Shown one piece after another: positions 63,590 to 64,000 of a stretch of DNA of 64,000 nt (position 1 is its first letter; each line of letters begins with the position of its first letter). The stretch spans positions 4,960,001 to 5,024,000 of the forward strand of contig JAYWIR010000002.1 of NCBI GenBank assembly GCA_036172245.1. The letters run 5' to 3'. Origin of the DNA: Raillietiella orientalis. Taxonomy: Eukaryota. Below the pieces are notes generated by a model. It was not told where the DNA came from, did not search any database, and saw only the letters and a list, made by a program, of their open reading frames with translations. The position numbers and the translations under genes are program-made.

Positions 63590-63875
63590 CACCCTTCTTC
63601 CTCTTCCTCTTTATTTTCCTCATTATTCACCCTTCCTCAGCCTTCTTTCCCTTCTCCTCTCTCTCTTTTTCTTCCCTTTACACCACTTTCTCTTCCCCTT
63701 CCTTCTTTTCCTCTTTACCACTTCCTCCTCTCTTCCTCCTCTTCCCCTTCCTTTTCCTCCTACCCTTCCTCCTCTTTCTCTTCTTCTTCCTTTTCCTCCA
63801 TTCTTCCTCCTTTTCCACTTTTCTATCTCTTCCTCTCTTCCTCATCCACTTCTTTCTAATTTTTGTTCTCTCGAC
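63590..63875. repeat. Polypyrimidine low-complexity tract (CTT/CCT/CT-rich)
   Basis: About 280 nt that are almost entirely C/T on the plus strand. Confidence 0.9.
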
Positions 63876-64000
63876 CGGAGACTCTTCGCTGGCAGGAATC
63901 TTCCAAAATGAAAGGAAAAAACACGTGGCGCCATCACAGACCTCGGGGTAAGAGGGCGTCGGAGGTACTCAAGGTCTTTTACCTGCGCCATCAATCATAA

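Overview
Eukaryotic, animal and probably arthropod-like genomic DNA, judged from a moira-like SMARCC protein and spliceosomal introns. Bases 1-37 kb are AT-rich and carry six compact genes that I could splice by hand into complete frames: MESD/boca (+), SMARCC/moira (-), FANCG (+), an unusual ASPM/asp (+), a Pil1/Lsp1-like BAR protein (+) and ATG101 (-). Most of their introns are only 39-52 nt. The ASPM has a 518-aa Cys-rich tandem-repeat insert and apparently stops after its first IQ motif. From about 38.7 to 55.5 kb the minus strand carries three exon groups that resemble Mab-21/cGAS-like nucleotidyltransferase domains and appear to lack the catalytic acids. Intergenic islands and the GC-rich right end hold transposon debris: Tx1/L1-type LINE fragments, a tRNA-derived SINE family, and hAT, piggyBac and possibly P-element fossils. 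The strongest leads are an intron-containing eisosome-type (Pil1/Lsp1-like) gene in an animal genome, the cGAS-like pseudo-enzyme cluster, and a LINE that appears to insert at a fixed site (CAGTGCCGCA) inside the SINE. All homology calls are by-eye comparisons with remembered sequences, not database searches.
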